Shown here piece by piece: positions 59,310 to 64,000 of a stretch of 64,000 nt of DNA. Both the position numbers and the translations under genes were made by a program. Within the stretch, counting starts at the first letter, position 1, and each line of letters opens with the position of its first letter. The notes under the pieces were generated by a model. It did no database searches, was not told the origin of the DNA, and saw only the letters and a program-made list of their open reading frames with translations. The DNA is from Anaeramoeba ignava BMAN (Eukaryota; Protista; Anaeramoebae), in assembly GCA_028826165.1 (NCBI GenBank), contig JAPDFW010000147.1:62001-126000 (forward strand). The letters are read 5' to 3'.

Positions 59310-62300
59310 ATGTCTTCAACTTCAGATAATGAATTTGATTTTGATGCTGATGTTCCAAGAGAACAAGGTAAAAATCAAAAAGAAAAAAAAAATGGAAGAA
59401 GAAAAAGAAGAAATGAAAAAAAAATAAGTTATTTTTTTCACATCTTTTTCACTTTTTAAAAAAACAACAACAAAGATTGTCAATTAATTTATGCAGCAGA
59501 AAAAGGAGATTTAGCAAAAGTCAAAGAATTAATCCATGAACAAGATGCTGATATTAACGCAGCAGATGGTCAAGGATTTACAGCTCTGCATTTATGTAGT
59601 GTTGAAAAGGGAAGTTATGAAGTATTTGAATATTTAGTTAAATTAGGAGCGAATCTTGATCTCAAAGTTGGGAAACAAAAACTGGCTCCAATTCATTATG
59701 CAGCAATAACAGGAGATGTAAGAAAAATTCATCTCCTTGTTTCCAATGGAGCAAAGCCAGATATCCAGAATATTGATGGATTGAATGCGCTTCATATGGC
59801 TGCGCAAGAGGGCTATATTCTGGCTTGCCATTATCTTTTAAATTCTGAGTATACACGAGATCATTTGCATGTTAATATGGGTGATACTGCAAATACTACT
59901 CCTTTGCATTGGGCAAGTTATACAGGAAAAATTGACACAGTTTTTTATCTTCTGAAAAATGGAGCGTCTGTTGATGCTGTTGATATTTATGGACGAACAG
60001 CTTTGCATATTGCTTGTTCGCAAAATCACTATGAAATTGTGCAGCAATTAGTTATTCATGGTTCTGATCTTTCTGTGAAAAATAATGAAGAAAAAACACC
60101 TTTAGCATCTGCTCAAGAAAAAAATTATAATGAGATTGTGTTCTATTTAATTCATATAATTAATGGATATGGACCCAGTGGGATTGCTGGGAAATTACGT
60201 GATAGGAAGCTTGTTCCTTATAAGAAATTGATAAGTCTAGGTTCTTTTTTGTCTCCTTTAGCTTCCTTCTTACTATTATTTTTACTTTTTTATATCTTCC
60301 ATTTTATTATTGCTTCCATTGCTTCTGGTTTTCTTATTCGTTATTTTTATTATAAATCTTTTTGGCCCAAATCATATGGTATTAATTCTCGTTCTTATTG
60401 GGAAGCCGGTGCTGCTTTTGCTTGCATTTTCCTTACTTTTGTAACTTGGTTGTTTCATTTACTTGAGTCTTTTTTTTATGATCAGAAGTTTTATTCTATT
60501 TTTCTGTTTTTCTGTGGTTTGGGTATTTTTGTTTTGCAATATTTGGTTTATTCTCTTGATCCTGGTTATATTACAGCTGATAAATTAACAACATCACAAT
60601 TTATTTATGAGATTGAAGATGGAATGGATGCAAGATCATTTTGTTCAACTTGCCATGTAGATTCAATTCAAATTCAATTCAAATTTTAAAAAATTCAATT
60701 AAAATTCAATTCAAATTTTAAAAAATTCAATTAAAATTCAATTCAAATTCAATTCAAATTCAATTCAAATTCAATTCAAATTCAATTCAAATTTTAAAAT
60801 TCAATTCAAATTCAATTCAAATTCAATTCAAATTTAATTAAAATTCAAATTCAAATTTAATTCAAATTTAATTCAAACTCAATTCAAATTTAATTCAAAT
60901 TCAATTCAAATTTAATTCAAATTTAATTCAAATTTAATTCAAATTTAATTCAAATTCAATTCAAATTTAATTCAAATTCAATTCAAATTTAATTCAAATT
61001 CAAAATTTAATTCAAACTCAATTCAAATTCAATTCAAATTTAATTCAAATTTAATTCAAATTTAATTCAAATTCAATTCAAATTCAATTCAAATTTAATT
61101 CAAATTTAATTCAAATTCAATTCAAATTCAATTCAAATTCAATTCAAATTTAATTAAAATTCAAATTCAATTCAATTCAAATTTTATTCAATTCAAATAA
61201 AATCCAAATTTTAAAAAATTCAATTAAAATTTTATTAAAATTTAATTCAAATTTAATTCAAATTTAATTCAAATTCAATTCAAATTTAATTCAAATTCAA
61301 TTCAAATTTAATTCAAATTCAATTCAAATTTTAAAAAATTCAATTCAAATTCAATTCAAATTCAATTCAAATTTAATTCAAATTCAATTCAAATTCAATT
61401 CAAATTCAATTCAAATTTAATTCAAATTCAATTCAAATTCAATTCAAATTTAATTAAAATTCAAATTCAATTCAATTCAAATTTTATTCAATTCAAATAA
61501 AATCCAAATTTTAAAAAATTCAATTAAAATTTTATTAAAATTTAATTCAAATTTAATTCAAATTTAATTCAAATTCAATTCAAATTCAATTCAAATTTAA
61601 TTCAAATTTAATTCAAATTCAATTCAAATTCAATTCAAATTCAATTAATATTTTATTCAAATTTAATTCAAATTTAATTCAAATTCAATTAAAATTTAAT
61701 TCAAATTCAATTCAAATTTAATTCAAATTCAATTAAAATTCAAATTCAATTAATATTTTATTCAAATTTAATTCAAATTCAATTCAAATTCAATTCAAAT
61801 TCAATTAAAATTCAATTCAAATTTTAAAAAATTTAATTAAAATTCAATTCAAATTTAATTCAAATTCAATTCAAATTCAATTCAAATTCAATTCAAATTT
61901 AATTCAATTCAAATTCAATTCAAATTCAATTCAAATTTAATTCAAATTCAATTCAAATTCAATTCAAATTCAATTCAAATTCAATTCAAATTTAATTCAA
62001 ATTCAATTCAAATTCAATTCAATTTCAAATTCAAATTCAATTCAAATTCAATTAAAATTCAATTTCAAATTCAATTCAAATTTAATTCAATTTTAAAAAA
62101 TTTAATTCAAATTCAATTCAAATTCAATTCAAATTTTAAAAAATTCAATTCAAATTCAATTCAAATTTAATTCAAATTCAATTCAAATTTTTATTAAAAT
62201 TCAAATTTTAAAATATTAAAAGATTAGAAGACCATTAAGATCAAAACATGATAAAGTCGCAAATAAATGTGTTTCTAAATATGATCATTGGTGTCCATGG

Positions 62301-62863
62301 ACTTATTCTCCAATAGGAATTAATACTGAAGCTTATCTATTTTTCTTCCTATTTTTGGTAGTTTTTTCAACACTAAACTTTTATTTTTATGCTTTCAAAT
62401 GTAAATATCAAAAGAGAAAGAAAAAAAATAAAATTTACATCTCATTTTCGATTATTTAGATCTTTCAATTAGTGAGCAAATTCCTCCTTTTAAATCAATC
62501 TTTAAATTTATATTAGCATTTTATCAAAAAGAAAAATGGTTATTTTTCATCTTTACAATGAATATCGCTTTTCTTTATTTTGAAGTTACATTATTAATTG
62601 AAAGAATAATTCACATTGCAAAAAATTTGACAATAAATGAAACACTTAATTTATATAAATATCGATATTTTTTTGATTCAAATGGTTTATTCTCAAATCC
62701 TTTTGATTTAGGTTATCGATTGAATACTCTCCAGTTTTTCAAATTTTCTAATCAAGTAAATTGGAGTCAAATGAAAAAACTTAGTGATATTCCAGTTCAT
62801 TGCAGAAATCCAAAAAGATCATTTGAAACTGATTCAAGAAATATTCTTAATAAACAAATATGA
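59310..62863 (+). CDS. Ankyrin-repeat DHHC-type palmitoyltransferase (Akr1/ZDHHC13/17-like, DHWC variant)
   Basis: Exons 59310-59367, 59476-60656, 62223-62400, 62460-62863. Ankyrin repeats (TPLHWAS, GRTALHIAC), TM helices, DPG, FCSTCH|IRRPLRSKH...KYDHWCPW, NLTINE and NPFDLG motifs. Confidence 0.93.
60660..62200. repeat. Intronic 11-mer satellite (AATTCAAATTY)n in the palmitoyltransferase
   Basis: About 1.5 kb array inside intron 60657-62222. Confidence 0.95.
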
Positions 62864-63004
62864 TTTTCTTTTTTTCTTTTTAAAGATTTTTTTTTACAAA
62901 ATTAAAGGAAATTAAATTTTTATTTCTTTTTTAATTTTTTAATTTAATTTAAAAAAAAGTGGATCAAAAATTATCTTCTTTTTCTTTTTTTTTTTTTTTC
63001 TTTC

Positions 63005-64000
63005 TTAAAAATCTGAAATTTGTTTAACTTTTTTTCCTTTATCATTTTTTTTCGGTTTTTTCTTTTTAACTGAGGATTTACTTTTTCTGAATTTTTGGAA
63101 AAATTTTCCCATTCTTTTTTTCTTTTTTTTTTCAGGAACTTTTGGAAGAATAGCTTCAAGTTTTTTAATCATTGAAGAAACGGTTTCGAAATGAGTTTGA
63201 TCTATTGAACCATTAACAATATCATCCAAAAGGAAAGTCAATCCAGGAATTAAAAACTCAGCAATTTTCTCATGAGTTAAGGAAATTCCACTGAAAGAAC
63301 CAAAAGCAGAAATCAAATTGTGGAACATTTTTTGTTTTTGAGTTTTGTTCTGATTGCAAAAATTTTCTCGAGCCAAATACAACAATTTAGGAAGAATATA
63401 ATCATCACGAACACGAGGATCTGTTTTTGGCAAAATATCTACAAAGACCTGCACAATTTTGGATCTAATTTGGAAGGAGTCTTGAGGAAGAGTATCTATT
63501 TTTTTTGAGTCTGTTTCAAAATGTTCATGTTCAGAATCATCTTCATTTGCCAGATCAATATCTTGGTCTTTTTGGGTTGAAATATCTGATTCCATTCCCG
63601 ATTTGATATCACTTTCTTCAGCGTCGATGAGGTCGAAGAAATCGTCGAGTTGAACTGTTACTTTATCAATCAAAACATCATCGCCTATATTTTGCAAAAT
63701 ATTTCCAAAAGCTTCAATAACAACAAATCGGACCGATATATCTTGGTCTTTTGAAAGCGATATCAAGGCTGGAATAACGGTCGAGTTTATGAGCTGGAGA
63801 TTCAAAATTGAAATGAATTTTTTGAACATGCTTGCGACTCCTGCTTTCACTTTTGGAGATAAATGGACCAATAAATCTTGGAAAACGGAAATGATGCTTG
63901 ATTGCAATTCCGTTATTTGTGCCTGTTTTTGTGTCTGTTCTTGTTCTTCATAATTCACATATCCCTCGTCGTATTCTTTCACATTGAATCGTTTTGCTGC
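63005..64000 (-). CDS. RELCH: RELCH/KIAA1468-like HEAT-repeat protein, C-terminal part (5' end outside window)
   Basis: VIPALISLSKDQDISVRFVVIEAFG..LIDKVTVQL..F, PKTDPRVRDDYILPKLLYLA and FLIPGLTFL parallel the RELCH C-terminal HEAT repeats as I recall them. Confidence 0.75.
   Translation of the reverse strand, partial: AAKRFNVKEYDEGYVNYEEQEQTQKQAQITELQSSIISVFQDLLVHLSPKVKAGVASMFKKFISILNLQLINSTVIPALISLSKDQDISVRFVVIEAFGNILQNIGDDVLIDKVTVQLDDFFDLIDAEESDIKSGMESDISTQKDQDIDLANEDDSEHEHFETDSKKIDTLPQDSFQIRSKIVQVFVDILPKTDPRVRDDYILPKLLYLARENFCNQNKTQKQKMFHNLISAFGSFSGISLTHEKIAEFLIPGLTFLLDDIVNGSIDQTHFETVSSMIKKLEAILPKVPEKKKKKRMGKFFQKFRKSKSSVKKKKPKKNDKGKKVKQISDF

Noticed and set aside
1-64000. Inteins, transposases, reverse transcriptases, rRNA/tRNA genes, CRISPR arrays
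   Set aside because: No intein splice-junction or LAGLIDADG motifs, mobile-element domains, structured RNA genes or repeat-spacer arrays with unique spacers were recognised by eye; tRNAscan/Infernal/HMM searches were not run.
1-64000. Functional cluster of trafficking/signalling genes (DOP1, Rab, syntaxin, LAMTOR1, RELCH, RasGEF, RasGAP, HAP2)
   Set aside because: These families are large in amoeboid protists and are interspersed with unrelated genes; there is no evidence of co-regulation from sequence alone.

Overview
Very AT-rich, intron-rich eukaryotic genomic DNA. The style (RCC1-BTB family expansion, (NQ)n/(EN)n homopeptides, TCATTT Inr-like motifs, organelle-targeted dehydrogenase) resembles an anaerobic protist such as Anaeramoeba; this is an inference. 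Reconstructing GT-AG splicing by hand gives about 22 protein-coding genes, in order: DOP1 (3' end), a PHO80/U-type cyclin, three tandem intronless RCC1-BTB genes, RBBP6/Mpe1, ARP2, a divergent Rab, a coiled-coil protein, LIN9/ALY, a 3-hydroxyisobutyrate-dehydrogenase-like enzyme, RasGEF, LAMTOR1 (missed by the ORF track), an intact HAP2/GCS1 gamete fusogen, a syntaxin-7/12-like SNARE, CH-RasGAP, a fourth RCC1-BTB, a coiled-coil protein, a ~1600-aa tandem PH-like protein, NUP155, an ankyrin-DHHC (DHWC) palmitoyltransferase and RELCH (3' end). Most notable observations: (i) the RCC1-BTB triplet varies almost only at the same loop positions in each propeller blade and is mosaic, suggesting a diversifying substrate-receptor repertoire; (ii) an intact HAP2; (iii) kilobase introns each filled by its own satellite; (iv) a 5-nt and a 13-nt micro-exon; (v) a strand-oriented TTTCATTTT element upstream of nearly every gene. 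Several single-base frameshifts and an eroded ARP2 exon are probably long-read consensus errors. No rRNA, tRNA, CRISPR, transposase or intein was recognised.
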